A stretch of 64,000 bases of DNA from Eledone cirrhosa (GCA_964016885.1 OZ024743.1:338458001-338522000), one strand, 5' to 3'. Counted from the stretch's first letter, positions 15,001 to 28,997 are shown. Notes: generated by a model from the sequence alone, not told the origin. Program-made: numbers and translations.

Positions 15001-18000
15001 TCATTGGTATAGTCACTCACTCCGTCTCTCTCACTCTCAACATCTCTCATTGGTATAGTCACTCTCAACATCTCTCATTGGTATAGTCACTCACTCCGTC
15101 TCTCTCACTCTCAACATCTCTCATTGGTATAGTCACTCACTCCGTCTCCCTCATTCTCAACATCTCTCATTGGTATAGTCACTCACTCCGTCTCTCTCAC
15201 TCTCAACATCTCTCATTGGTATAGTCACTCACTCCGTCTCTCTCACTCTCAACATCTCTCATTGGTATAGTTACTCACTCCGTCTCTCTCACTCTCAACA
15301 TCTCTCATTGGTATAGTCACTCACCCCGTCTCTCTCACTCTCAACATCTCTCATTGGTATAGTTACTCACTCCGTCTCTCTCACTCTCAACATCTCTCAT
15401 TGGTATAGTCACTCACTCCGTCTCTCTCACTCTCAACATCTCTCATTGGTATAGTCACTCACTCCGTTTCTCTCACTCTAAACATCTCTCATTGGTATAG
15501 TCACTCACTCCGTCTCTCGCACTCTCAACATCTCTCATTGGTATAGTCACTCACTCCGTCTCTCTCACTCTCAACATCTCTCATTGGTATAGTCACTCTC
15601 AACATCTCTCATTGGTATAGTCACACACTCCGCCTCTCTCACTCTCAACATCTCTCATAGGTTTAGTCACTCACTCCGTCTCTCTAACTCTCAACATCTC
15701 TCATTGGTATAGTCACTCACTCCGTCTCTCTCACTCTCAACATCTCTCATTGGTATAGTCACTGACTGAGTCTCTCTCACTCTCAACGTCTGTCATAGGT
15801 ATAGTCACTCACTCCGTCTCTCTCACTCTCAACATCTCTCATAGGTATAGTCACTCACTCCGTCTCTCTTACTCTCAACATCTCTCATTGGTATAGTTAC
15901 TCACTCCGTCTCTCTCACTCTCAACATCTCTCATTGGTATAGTCACTGACTCAGTCTCCCTCACTCTCAACATCTCTCATTGGTATAGTCACTGAACCAG
16001 TCTCTCTCACTCTCAACATCTCTCATTGGTATAGTCACTTACTCCGTCTCTCTCACTCTCAACATCTCTCATTGGTATAGTCACTCACTCCGTCTCTCTC
16101 ACTCTCAACATCTCTCATTGGTATAGTCATTCCCTCCGTTTCTCTCACTCTCTACATCTCTCATTGGTAGAGTCACTGGCTCCGTCTCTCTCACTCTCAA
16201 CATCTCTCATTGGTATAGTCACTGACTCAGTCTCTCTCACTCTCAACATCTCTCATTGGTATAGTCACTGACTCTGTCTCTCTCACTCTCAACATCTCTC
16301 ATTGGTATAGTCACTCACTCCGTCTCTCTCACTCTCAACATCTCTCATTGGTATAGTCACTGACTCAGTCTCTCTCACTCTCAACATCTCTCATTGGTAT
16401 AGTCACTCACTCCGTCTCTCTCACTCTCAACATCTCTCATTGGTATACTTACTCACTCCGTCTCTCTCACTCTCAACATCTCTCATTGGTATAGTCACTC
16501 ACCCCGTCTCTCTCACTCTCAACATCTCTCATTGGTATAGTTACTGACTCCGTCTCTCTCACTCTCAACATCTCTCATTGGTATAGTCACTGACTCAGTC
16601 TCTCTCACTCTCAACATCTCTCATTGGTATAGTCACTGACTCAGTCTCTCTCACTCTCAACATCTCTCATTGTTATAGTCACTCACTCCGTCTCTCTCAC
16701 TCTCAACATCTCTCATTGGTATAGTCACTCTCAACATCTCTCATTGGTATAGTCACTCTCAACATCTCTCATTGGTATAGTCACTCACTCCGTCTCTCTC
16801 ACTCTCAACATCTCTCATTGGTATAGTCACTCACTCCGTCTCTCTCACTCTCAACATCTCTCATTGGTATAGTCACTCACTCCGTTTCTCTCACTCTCAA
16901 CATCTCTCATTGGTATAGTCACTCACTCCGTCTCTCTCACTCTCAACATCTCTCATTGGTATAGTCACTCACTCCGTCTCTCTCACTCTCAACATCTCTC
17001 ATTGGTATAGTCACTCTCAACATCTCTCATTGGTATAGTCACTCACTCCGTCTCTCTCACTCTCAACATCTCTCATAGGTATAGTCACTCACTCCGTCTC
17101 TCTCACTCTCAACATCTCTCATTGGTGTAGTCACTCACTCCGTCTCTCTCACTCTCAACATCTCTCATTGGTATAGTCACTGACTCAGTCTCTCTCACTC
17201 TCAACATCTCTCATAGGTATAGTCACTCACTCCGTCTCTCTCACTCTCAACATCTCTCATTGGTATAGTCACTGACTCAGTCTCTCTCACTCTCAACATC
17301 TCTCATTGGTATAGTCACTCTCAACATCTCTCATTGGTATAGTCACTCACTCCGTCTCTCTCACTCTCAACATCTCTCATTGGTATAGTCACTCACTCCG
17401 TCTCCCTCACTCTCAACATCTCTCATTGGTATAGTCACTCACTCCGTCTCTCTCACTCTCAACATCTCTCATTGGTATAGTCACTCACTCCGTCTCTCTC
17501 ACTCTCAACATCTCTCATTGGTATAGTTACTCACTCCGTCTCTCTCACTCTCAACATCTCTCATTGGTATAGTCACTCACCCCGTCTCTCTCACTCTCAA
17601 CATCTCTCATTGGTATAGTTACTCACTCCGTCTCTCTCACTCTCAACATCTCTCATTGGTATAGTCACTCACTCCGTCTCTCTCACTCTCAACATCTCTC
17701 ATTGGTATAGTCACTCACTCCGTTTCTCTCACTCTCAACATCTCTCATTGGTATAGTCACTCACTCCGTCTCTCGCACTCTCAACATCTCTCATTGATAT
17801 AGTCACTCACTCCGTCTCTCTCACTCTCAACATCTCTCATTGGTATAGTCACTCTCAACATCTCTCATTGGTATAGTCACACACTCCGTCTCTCTCACTC
17901 TCAACATCTCTCATAGGTATAGTCACTCACTCCGTCTCTCTAACTCTCAACATCTCTCATTGGTATAGTCACTCACTCCGTCTCTCTCACTCTCAACATC

Positions 18001-21000
18001 TCTCATTGGTATAGTCACTGACTCAGTCTCTCTCACTCTCAACGTCTCTCATAGGTATAGTCACTCACTCCGTCTCTCTCACTCTCAACATCTCTCATAG
18101 GTATAGTCACTCACTCCGTCTCTCTTACTCTCAACATCTCTCATTGGTATAGTTACTCACTCCGTCTCTCTCACTCTCAACATCTCTCATTGGTATAGTC
18201 ACTGACTCAGTCTCCCTCACTCTCAACATCTCTCATTGGTATAGTCACTGAACCAGTCTCTCTCACTCTCAACATCTCTCATTGGTATAGTCACTTCCTC
18301 CGTCTCTCTCACTCTCAACATCTCTCATTGGTATAGTCACTCTCAACATCTCTCATTGGTATAGTCACTCACTCCGTCTCTCCCACTCTCAACATCTCTC
18401 ATTGGTATAGTCACTCACTCCGTCTCTCTCACTCTCAACATCTCTCATTGGTATAGTCACTCACTCCGTTTCTCTCACTCTCAACATCTCTCATTGGTAT
18501 AGTCACTCACTCCGTCTCTCTCACTCTCAACATCTCTCATTGGTATAGTCACTCACTCCGTCTCTCTCACTCTCAACATCTCTCATTGGTATAGTCACTC
18601 TCAACATCTCTCATTGGTATAGTCACTCACTCCGTCTCTCTCACTCTCAACATCTCTCATAGGTATAGTCACTCACTCCGTCTCTCTCACTCTCAACATC
18701 TCTCATTGGTGTAGTCACTCACTCCGTCTCTCTCACTCTCAACATCTCTCATTGGTATAGTCACTGACTCAGTCTCTCTCACTCTCAACATCTCTCATAG
18801 GTATAGTCACTCACTCCGTCTCTCTCACTCTCAACATCTCTCATTGGTATAGTCACTCACCCCGTCTCTCTCACTCTCAACATCTCTCATTGGTATAGTT
18901 ACTCACTCCGTCTCTCTCACTCTCAACATCTCTCATTGGTATAGTCACTCACTCCGTCTCTCTCACTCTCAACATCTCTCATTGGTATAGTCACTCACTC
19001 CGTTTCTCTCACTCTAAACATCTCTCATTGGTATAGTCACTCACTCCGTCTCTCGCACTCTCAACATCTCTCATTGGTATAGTCACTCACTCCGTCTCTC
19101 TCACTCTCAACATCTCTCATTGGTATAGTCACTCTCAACATCTCTCATTGGTATAGTCACACACTCCGCCTCTCTCACTCTCAACATCTCTCATAGGTAT
19201 AGTCACTCACTCCGTCTCTCTAACTCTCAACATCTCTCATTGGTATAGTCACTCACTCCGTCTCTCTCACTCTCAACATCTCTCATTGGTATAGTCACTG
19301 ACTGAGTCTCTCTCACTCTCAACGTCTCTCATAGGTATAGTCACTCACTCCGTCTCTCTCACTCTCAACATCTCTCATAGGTATAGTCACTCACTCCGTC
19401 TCTCTTACTCTCAACATCTCTCATTGGTATAGTTACTCACTCCGTCTCTCTCACTCTCAACATCTCTCATTGGTATAGTCACTGACTCAGTCTCCCTCAC
19501 TCTCAACATCTCTCATTGGTATAGTCACTGAACCAGTCTCTCTCACTCTCAACATCTCTCATTGGTATAGTCACTTACTCCGTCTCTCTCACTCTCAACA
19601 TCTCTCATTGGTATAGTCACTCACTCCGTCTCTCTCACTCTCAACATCTCTCATTGGTATAGTCATTCCCTCCGTCTCTCTCACTCTCTACATCTCTCAT
19701 TGGTAGAGTCACTGGCTCCGTCTCTCTCACTCTCAACATCTCTCATTGGTATAGTCACTGACTCAGTCTCTCTCACTCTCAACATCTCTCATTGGTATAG
19801 TCACTGACTCTGTCTCTCTCACTCTCAACATCTCTCATTGGTATAGTCACTCACTCCGTCTCTCTCACTCTCAACATCTCTCATTGGTATAGTCACTGAC
19901 TCAGTCTCTCTCACTCTCAACATCTCTCATTGGTATAGTCACTCACTCCGTCTCTCTCACTCTCAACATCTCTCATTGGTATACTTACTCACTCCGTCTC
20001 TCTCACTCTCAACATCTCTCATTGGTATAGTCACTCACCCCGTCTCTCTCACTCTCAACATCTCTCATTGGTATAGTTACTGACTCCGTCTCTCTCACTC
20101 TCAACATCTCTCATTGGTATAGTCACTGACTCAGTCTCTCTCACTCTCAACATCTCTCATTGGTATAGTCACTGACTCAGTCTCTCTCACTCTCAACATC
20201 TCTCATTGTTATAGTCACTCACTCCGTCTCTCTCACTCTCAACATCTCTCATTGGTATAGTCACTCTCAACATCTCTCATTGGTATAGTCACTCTCAACA
20301 TCTCTCATTGGTATAGTCACTCACTCCGTCTCTCTCACTCTCAACATCTCTCATTGGTATAGTCACTCACTCCGTCTCTCTCACTCTCAACATCTCTCAT
20401 TGGTATAGTCACTCACTCCGTTTCTCTCACTCTCAACATCTCTCATTGGTATAGTCACTCACTCCGTCTCTCTCACTCTCAACATCTCTCATTGGTATAG
20501 TCACTCACTCCGTCTCTCTCACTCTCAACATCTCTCATTGGTATAGTCACTCTCAACATCTCTCATTGGTATAGTCACTCACTCCGTCTCTCTCACTCTC
20601 AACATCTCTCATAGGTATAGTCACTCACTCCGTCTCTCTCACTCTCAACATCTCTCATTGGTGTAGTCACTCACTCCGTCTCTCTCACTCTCAACATCTC
20701 TCATTGGTATAGTCACTGACTCAGTCTCTCTCACTCTCAACATCTCTCATAGGTATAGTCACTCACTCCGTCTCTCTCACTCTCAACATCTCTCATTGGT
20801 ATAGTCACTGACTCAGTCTCTCTCACTCTCAACATCTCTCATTGGTATAGTCACTCTCAACATCTCTCATTGGTATAGTCACTCACTCCGTCTCTCTCAC
20901 TCTCAACATCTCTCATTGGTATAGTCACTCACTCCGTCTCCCTCACTCTCAACATCTCTCATTGGTATAGTCACTCACTCCGTCTCTCTCACTCTCAACA

Positions 21001-24000
21001 TCTCTCATTGGTATAGTCACTCACTCCGTCTCTCTCACTCTCAACATCTCTCATTGGTATAGTTACTCACTCCGTCTCTCTCACTCTCAACATCTCTCAT
21101 TGGTATAGTCACTCACCCCGTCTCTCTCACTCTCAACATCTCTCATTGGTATAGTTACTCACTCCGTCTCTCTCACTCTCAACATCTCTCATTGGTATAG
21201 TCACTCACTCCGTCTCTCTCACTCTCAACATCTCTCATTGGTATAGTCACTCACTCCGTTTCTCTCACTCTCAACATCTCTCATTGGTATAGTCACTCAC
21301 TCCGTCTCTCGCACTCTCAACATCTCTCATTGATATAGTCACTCACTCCGTCTCTCTCACTCTCAACATCTCTCATTGGTATAGTCACTCTCAACATCTC
21401 TCATTGGTATAGTCACACACTCCGTCTCTCTCACTCTCAACATCTCTCATAGGTATAGTCACTCACTCCGTCTCTCTAACTCTCAACATCTCTCATTGGT
21501 ATAGTCACTCACTCCGTCTCTCTCACTCTCAACATCTCTCATTGGTATAGTCACTGACTCAGTCTCTCTCACTCTCAACGTCTCTCATAGGTATAGTCAC
21601 TCACTCCGTCTCTCTCACTCTCAACATCTCTCATAGGTATAGTCACTCACTCCGTCTCTCTTACTCTCAACATCTCTCATTGGTATAGTTACTCACTCCG
21701 TCTCTCTCACTCTCAACATCTCTCATTGGTATAGTCACTGACTCAGTCTCCCTCACTCTCAACATCTCTCATTGGTATAGTCACTGAACCAGTCTCTCTC
21801 ACTCTCAACATCTCTCATTGGTATAGTCACTTCCTCCGTCTCTCTCACTCTCAACATCTCTCATTGGTATAGTCACTCACTCCGTCTCTCTCACTCTCAA
21901 CATCTCTCATTGGTATAGTCACTCACTCCGTCTCTCTCACTCTCAACATCTCTCATTGGTATAGTCACTCACTCCGTCTCTCTCACTCTCAACATCTCTC
22001 ATTGGTATAGTCACTGACTCAGTCTCTCTCACTCTCAACATCTCTCATAGGTATAGTCCCTCACTACGTCTCTCTCACTCTCAACATCTCTCATTGGTAT
22101 AGTCACTCACTCCGTCTCTCTCACTCTCAACATCTCTCATTGGTATAGTCATTCACTCCGTCTCTCTCACTCTCAACATCTCTTATTGGTATAGTCACTC
22201 ACTCCGTCTCTCTCACTCTCAACATCTCTCATTGGTATAGTTATTCACTCCGTCTCTCTCACTCTCAACATCTCTTATTGGTATAGTCACTCACTCCGTC
22301 TCTCTCACTCTCAACATCTCTCATTGGTATAGTCACTGACTCAGTCTCACTCACTCTCAACATCTCTCATTGGTATAGTCACTCACTCCGTTTCTCTCAC
22401 TCTCAACATCTCTCATTGGTATAGTCACTCACTCCGTCTCTCGCACTCTCAACATCTCTCATTGGTATAGTCACTCACTCCGTCTCTCTCACTCTCAACA
22501 TCTCTCATTGGTATAGTCACTCTCAACATCTCTCATTGGTATAGTCACACACTCCGCCTCTCTCACTCTCAACATCTCTCATAGGTATAGTCACTCACTC
22601 CGTCTCTCTAACTCTCAACATCTCTCATTGGTATAGTCACTCACTCCGTCTCTCTCACTCTCAACATCTCTCATTGGTATAGTCACTGACTCAGTCTCTC
22701 TCACTCTCAACGTCTCTCATAGGTATAGTCACTCACTCCGTCTCTCTCACTCTCAACATCTCTCATAGGTATAGTCACTAACTCCGTCTCTCTTACTCTC
22801 AACATCTCTCATTGGTATAGTTACTCACTCCGTCTCTCTCACTCTCAACATCTCTCATTGGTATAGTCACTGACTCAGTCTCCCTCACTCTCAACATCTC
22901 TCATTGGTATAGTCACTGAACCAGTCTCTCTCACTCTCAACATCTCTCATTGGTATAGTCACTTACTCCGTCTCTCTCACTCTCAACATCTCTCATTGGT
23001 ATAGTCACTCACTCCGTCTCTCTCACTCTCAACATCTCTCATTGGTATAGTCATTCCCTCCGTCTCTCTCACTCTCTACATCTCTCATTGGTAGAGTCAC
23101 TGGCTCCGTCTCTCTCACTCTAAACATCTCTCATTGGTATAGTCACTGACTCAGTCTCTCTCACTCTCAACATCTCTCATTGGTATAGTCACTGACTCTG
23201 TCTCTCTCACTCTCAACATCTCTCATTGGTATAGTCACTCACTCCGTCTCTCTCACTCTCAACATCTCTCATTGGTATAGTCACTCACTCAGTCTCTCTC
23301 ACTCTCAACATCTCTCATTGGTATAGTCACTCACTCCGTCTCTCTCACTCTCAACATCTCTCATTGGTATAGTCACTGACTCAGTCTCTCTCACTCTCAA
23401 CATCTCTCATTGGTATAGTCACTCACTCCGTCTCTCTCACTCTCAACATCTCTCATTGGTATACTTACTCACTCCGTCTCTCTCACTCTCAACATCTCTC
23501 ATTGGTATAGTCACTCACCCCGTCTCTCTCACTCTCAACATCTCTCATTGGTATAGTTACTGACTCCGTCTCTCTCACTCTCAACATCTCTCATTGGTAT
23601 AGTCACTGACTCAGTCTCTCTCACTCTCAACATCTCTCATTGGTATAGTCACTCACTCCGTCTCTCTCACTCTCAACATCTCTCATTGGTATAGTCACTG
23701 ACTCAGTCTCTCTCACTCTCAACATCTCTCATTGTTATAGTCACTCACTCCGTCTCTCTCACTCTCAACATCTCTCATTGGTATAGTCACTCTCAACATC
23801 TCTCATTGGTATAGTCACTCACTCCGTCTCTCTCACTCTCAACATCTCTCATTGGTATAGTCACTCACTCCGTCTCTCTCACTCTCAACATCTCTCATTG
23901 GTATAGTCACTCACTCCGTTTCTCTCACTCTCAACATCTCTCATTGGTATAGTCACTCACTCCGTCTCTCTCACTCTCAACATCTCTCATTGGTATAGTC

Positions 24001-26507
24001 ACTCACTCCGTCTCTCTCACTCTCAACATCTCTCATTGGTATAGTCACTCTCAACATCTCTCATTGGTATAGTCACTCACTCCGTCTCTCTCACTCTCAA
24101 CATCTCTCATAGGTATAGTCACTCACTCCGTCTCTCTCACTCTCAACATCTCTCATTGGTGTAGTCACTCACTCCGTCTCTCTCACTCTCAACATCTCTC
24201 ATTGGTATAGTCACTGACTCAGTCTCTCTCACTCTCAACATCTCTCATAGGTATAGTCACTCACTCCGTCTCTCTCACTCTCAACATCTCTCATTGGTAT
24301 AGTCACTGACTCAGTCTCTCTCACTCTCAACATCTCTCATTGGTATAGTCACTCACTCCGTCTCTCTCACTCTCAACATCTCTCATTGGTATAGTCACTC
24401 TCAACATCTCTCATTGGTATAGTCACTCACTCCGTCTCTCTCACTCTCAACATCTCTCATTGGTATAGTCACTCACTCCGTCTCCCTCACTCTCAACATC
24501 TCTCATTGGTATAGTCACTCACTCCGTCTCTCTCACTCTCAACATCTCTCATTGGTATAGTCACTCACTCCGTCTCTCTCACTCTCAACATCTCTCATTG
24601 GTATAGTTACTCACTCCGTCTCTCTCACTCTCAACATCTCTCATTGGTATAGTCACTCACCCCGTCTCTCTCACTCTCAACATCTCTCATTGGTATAGTT
24701 ACTCACTCCGTCTCTCTCACTCTCAACATCTCTCATTGGTATAGTCACTCACTCCGTCTCTCTCACTCTCAACATCTCTCATTGGTATAGTCACTCACTC
24801 CGTTTCTCTCACTCTCAACATCTCTCATTGGTATAGTCACTCACTCCGTCTCTCGCACTCTCAACATCTCTCATTGGTATAGTCACTCACTCCGTCTCTC
24901 TCACTCTCAACATCTCTCATTGGTATAGTCACTCTCAACATCTCTCATTGGTATAGTCACACACTCCGTCTCTCTCACTCTCAACATCTCTCATAGGTAT
25001 AGTCACTCACTCCGTCTCTCTAACTCTCAACATCTCTCATTGGTATAGTCACTCACTCCGTCTCTCTCACTCTCAACATCTCTCATTGCTATAGTCACTG
25101 ACTCAGTCTCTCTCACTCTCAACGTCTCTCATAGGTATAGTCACTCACTCCGTCTCTCTTACTCTCAACATCTCTCATTGGTATAGTTACTCACTCCGTC
25201 TCTCTCACTCTCAACATCTCTCATTGGTATAGTCACTGACTCAGTCTCCCTCACTCTCAACATCTCTCATTGGTATAGTCACTGACTCCGTCTCTCTCAC
25301 TCTCAACATCTCTCATTGGTATAGTCACTCACTCCGTCTCTCTCACTCTCAACATCTCTCATTGGTATAGTCACTCACTCCGTCTCTCTCACTCTCAACA
25401 TCTCTCATTGGTATAGTCACTCACTCCGTCTCTCTCACTCTCAACATCTCTCATTGGTATAGTCACTCACTCCGTCTCTCTCACTCTCAACATCTCTCAT
25501 TGGTATAGTCACTCACTCCGTCTCTCTCACTCTCAACATCTCTCATTGGTATAGTCACTCACTCCGTCTCTCTCACTCTCAACATCTCTCATTGGTATAG
25601 TTACTCACTCCGTCTCTCTCACTCTAAACATCTCTCATTGGTATAGTCACTGACTCAGTCTCTCTCACTCTCAACATCTCTCATTGGTATAGTCACTTAC
25701 TCCGTCTCTCTCACTCTCAACATCTCTCATTGGTATAGTCACTCACTCCGTCTCTCTCACTCTCAACATCTCTCATTGGTATAGTCACTCACTCCGTCTC
25801 TCTCACTCTCAACATCTCTCATTGGTATAGTCACTCACTCCGTCTCTCTCACTCTCAACATCTCTCATTGGTATAGTCACTGACTCAGTCTCTCTCACTC
25901 TCAACATCTCTCATAGGTATAGTCCCTCACTACGTCTCTCTCACTCTCAACATCTCTCATTGGTATAGTCACTCACTCCGTCTCTCTCACTCTCAACATC
26001 TCTCATTGGTATAGTCATTCACTCCGTCTCTCTCACTCTCAACATCTCTTATTGGTATAGTCACTCACTCCGTCTCTCTCACTCTCAACATCTCTCATTG
26101 GTATAGTCACTGACTCAGTCTCACTCACTCTCAACATCTCTCATTGGTATAGTCACTCACTCCGTCTCTCTCACTCTCAACATCTCTCATTGGTATAGTC
26201 ACTCACTCCGTCTCTCACTCTCAACATCTCTCATTGTATAGCCACTCACTCCGTCTCTCTCACTCTCAAAATCTCTCATTGGTATAGTCACTGACTCAGT
26301 CTCTCTCACTCTCAACATCTCTCATTGGTATAGTCACTCACTCAGTCTCTCACTCTCAACATGTCTCATTGGTATAGTCACTCACTCCGTCTCTCTCACT
26401 CTCAACATCTCTCATTGTATAGTCACTCACTCCGTCTGTCTCACTCTCAACATCTCTCATTGGTATAGTCACTCACTCCGTCTCTCTCACTCTCAACATC
26501 TCTCATT
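1..26507. repeat. 46-bp satellite array (roughly 580 monomers in window, continues past left edge)
   Basis: Consensus ctctcattggtatagtcactcactccgtctctctcactctcaacat recurs with period 46 (positions 1, 47, ...). A 28-bp variant (ctctcattggtatagtcactctcaacat) is interspersed. The + strand has 33/46 pyrimidines, there are no ORFs in the track, and monomers degenerate near 26.2-26.5 kb. Confidence 0.99.
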
Positions 26508-26509
26508 CA

Positions 26510-26680
26510 CAGTATCGTTGGAGCGTCAGCCATCAGAGTTATGGCCATTTACGTTCTGAGTTCAAATCCTGCCGAGGTTAGCTTTGCCTTTCATCCTTAC
26601 GGGGTCGATAAAATAAAGTATCAGTAATGCACTGGGGTAATTGCTGGCCTTGTGTCCCCCAAAATGGAAACAATTATTAT
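26510..26680 (+). mobile_element. tRNA-derived SINE (family 1), 5'-degenerate, abutting the satellite end
   Basis: B-box-like gagttcaaatcc, then gccgaggttagctttgcctttcatccttacggggtcgataaaataaagta...ggccttgtg...aacaattatt, the same body as many other copies in the window. Confidence 0.85.
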
Positions 26681-26891
26681 AAGCAAATGGGGTGTCTACG
26701 CGCTGGCTGCCCCGCGACGCCGGCAGACAGAATAGAAAAGGTGTTTCCCCAGAGGCTAGCAAGGGAGACGCGTTGGAAGAGCCATTCCAGCAGCTTGCGT
26801 GGCTCACACCTACGGGTAGCCAACTCCGTGCCGATGGTGGTGAGTAGGGAGGTGGTCCTAGGGCCAAGGACACCAGAAGTCTCCAAGACAT

Positions 26892-27447
26892 GAGGGTCAG
26901 ACGCCATGTTAGGGCGGTGGTTTGGCAGTATCGGTAGAGGGTCAGACGCCATGTTAGGGCGGTGGTTTGGCAGTATCGGTAGAGGGTCAGACGCCATGTT
27001 AGGGCGGTGGTTTGGCAGTATCGGTAGAGGGTCAGACGCCATGTTAGGGCGGTGGTTTGGCAGTATCGGTAGAGGGTCAGACGCCATGTTAGGGCGGTGG
27101 TTTGGCAGTATCAGTAGAGGGTCAGACGCCATGTTAGGGCGGTGGAATGGCAGTATCGGTAGAGGGTCAGACGCCATGTTAGGGCGGTGGTTTGGCAGTA
27201 TCGGTAGAGGGTCAGACGCCATGTTAGGGCGGTGGTTTGGCAGTATCGGTAGAGGGTCAGACGCCATGTTAGGGCGGTGGTTTGGCAGTATCGGTAGAGG
27301 GTCAGACGCCATGTTAGGGCGGTGGTTTGGCAGTATCAGTAGAGGGTCAGACGCCATGTTAGGGCGGTGGAATGGCAGTATCGGTAGAGGGTCAGACGCC
27401 ATGTTAGGGCGGTGGTTTGGTAGTATCAGTAGAGGGTCAGACGCCAT
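26892..27447 (+). repeat. 45-bp minisatellite (~12 copies) made from the SINE family-1 5' head
   Basis: Unit gagggtcagacgccatgttagggcggtggtttggcagtatcggta, period 45. It matches the 5' end of the intact SINE at 57838-58033 (gggcggtggattggcagtatcggtagagggtcggacgccatgctt). Confidence 0.95.
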
Positions 27448-27600
27448 GCTTTGCAGCAAAGAGTTACAGCCCTTTCTGGTCTGAGTTCAAATCCCGTCGA
27501 GGTTAACTTTGCCTTTCTTCCTTACGGGGTCGATAAAATAAAAGTACTAGTAATGTACTGGGGTAATTGCTGGCCTTGTGCCAAAAGTAGAAACAATTAT
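27405..27600 (+). mobile_element. SINE family 1, full body continuing from the last minisatellite unit
   Basis: Last head unit runs into ...gccatgctttgcagc...ctgagttcaaatcccgtcgaggttaactttgcctttc...ggggtcgataaaat...ggccttgtgccaaaagtagaaacaattat. Confidence 0.9.
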
Positions 27601-27674
27601 AATATAACAATAAATGTGTGTAGGAAGAGGTTACATAGTTTTATCTCTTCCGAAAATATGAGATCTTACTATTG

Positions 27675-27926
27675 ATGTTGTTGCTGTTGTTGTTGTTGGT
27701 GCTGCTGCTCCTACTACTACTACTGCTACTACTACTACTGCTGTTGTTACTGCTGCTGCTACTCCTACTACTACTGCTACTACTACTACTACTACTACTA
27801 CTACTGCTGCTGCTACTACTACTACTACTACTACTACTGCTGCTGCTGCTACTACGACTACTACTACTGCTGCTGCTACTACGACTACTACTACTGCTGC
27901 TGCTACTACTACTACTACTGCTGCTG

Positions 27927-27959
<33 letters not shown>

Positions 27960-27960
27960 T
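27675..27960. repeat. Compound (CTA)n/(CTG)n trinucleotide microsatellite
   Basis: Direct reading; produces the poly-Leu ORF 27672..27962. Confidence 0.97.
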
Positions 27961-28037
27961 AGTATGCTAGTGTTACTGCTACGAAGAAGAAGAAGAAGAA
28001 GAAGGGAATATTTTGGTGTCATGTCTAGAACCAAGTG

Positions 28038-28185
28038 AAGGCGTGTGTGATCTAGTGGTTAGAGTTAGAGTTGGACACACAATTATAAAGTCATGGGTTC
28101 AATTACCAGATCGAATGTCGCATAATGACCTTGAGCAAGTCACTTCATTTCATGTTACTCCAGTTAACTTAGCAGAAAATGTGAA
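28038..28185 (+). mobile_element. tRNA-derived SINE family 2, degraded
   Basis: A-box-like tctagtggttag, B-box-like gggttcaattacc, then gaccttgagcaagtcacttcatttcatgttactccagt, shared with the copies at 28742-28997 and ~53760-53875. Confidence 0.7.
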
Positions 28186-28741
28186 CACCATCACATAATG
28201 ACCTTGAGCTGCTTTTCCCGTTGCTCCACTTAACTTAAAATGTGAACACCAGCGGCTGCTGAAGATGCCCTGCTCTTCTGTCCTGGAGGTAATCTTCTAT
28301 TCTGAATAACTTTATATCTATAATGGTGGCGGCTGTGGCGGTAGTGGTGGTGTTGATGGTGCTGGTGTTGATTACGGCTGCTGCAGATGTTGCAGTTGCT
28401 GCTGCTGTTGTTGTTGATGTTGTCGTTGTAGTAAACAGTTCGATAGATTATAAATTTCTAACATTCGTACATAGTTGCCAATTCGTTATGGGACGATTAT
28501 AATCGATTGATCGATCCAAGCACAAAACTGGCACTTGCTACTCACGTTATCGGCTATCGAAATTGATCCAAATAGGAAGTATAGAAGGATGACGAAACAA
28601 AACGCTACAAGCAGGGACGGCGCTAACATTTAGGCAAACTGGGCAGCTGCCTAGGGCGCACACATCATGGAGGGCTTTAATGAACCTGAAAGAGTCTTAG
28701 TTTTATACAAATGTGTATGTATCTAAAGTCTGAAGTCAGTT

Positions 28742-28997
28742 TCAATCCTGGAGGTTCATTAAGCCAATGTTTATCCCGGTTTCATTGGCCTTAAGTGACA
28801 GAAAGTATAAAACTTCCCCCTGGATAGTACGCCAGACCATCACAGATTTAAACCCACAGCTATTGCTGGTACTCATTTTCAGTTGAGTGTACTGGAACAA
28901 CGTGAAATGAAGCGTTTTCTTCAAGAACACAACACATAAACTGGACCAGGAATCGAACCCACGACATTATGATTGCAAGCCCGACACCCTAACCACT
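28742..28997 (-). mobile_element. tRNA-derived SINE family 2, near full length
   Basis: Minus strand reads gtggttagggtgtcgggcttgcaatc...gtgggttcgattcctgg...gttcttgaagaaaacgcttcatttcacgttgttccagtacactcaactgaaaatgagtaccagc...gatggtctggcgtactatccaggggg...gaaaccgggataa. Confidence 0.8.

Noticed and set aside
1-26507. CRISPR-like array interpretation of the satellite (and of the 45-bp and 31-bp repeats)
   Set aside because: No unique spacers, only point and deletion variants of one monomer. The context is eukaryotic and there are no cas genes.
26677-27484. 260-aa and 192-aa repeat-protein ORFs
   Set aside because: Products of a 45-bp (multiple of 3) tandem repeat derived from a non-coding SINE head.
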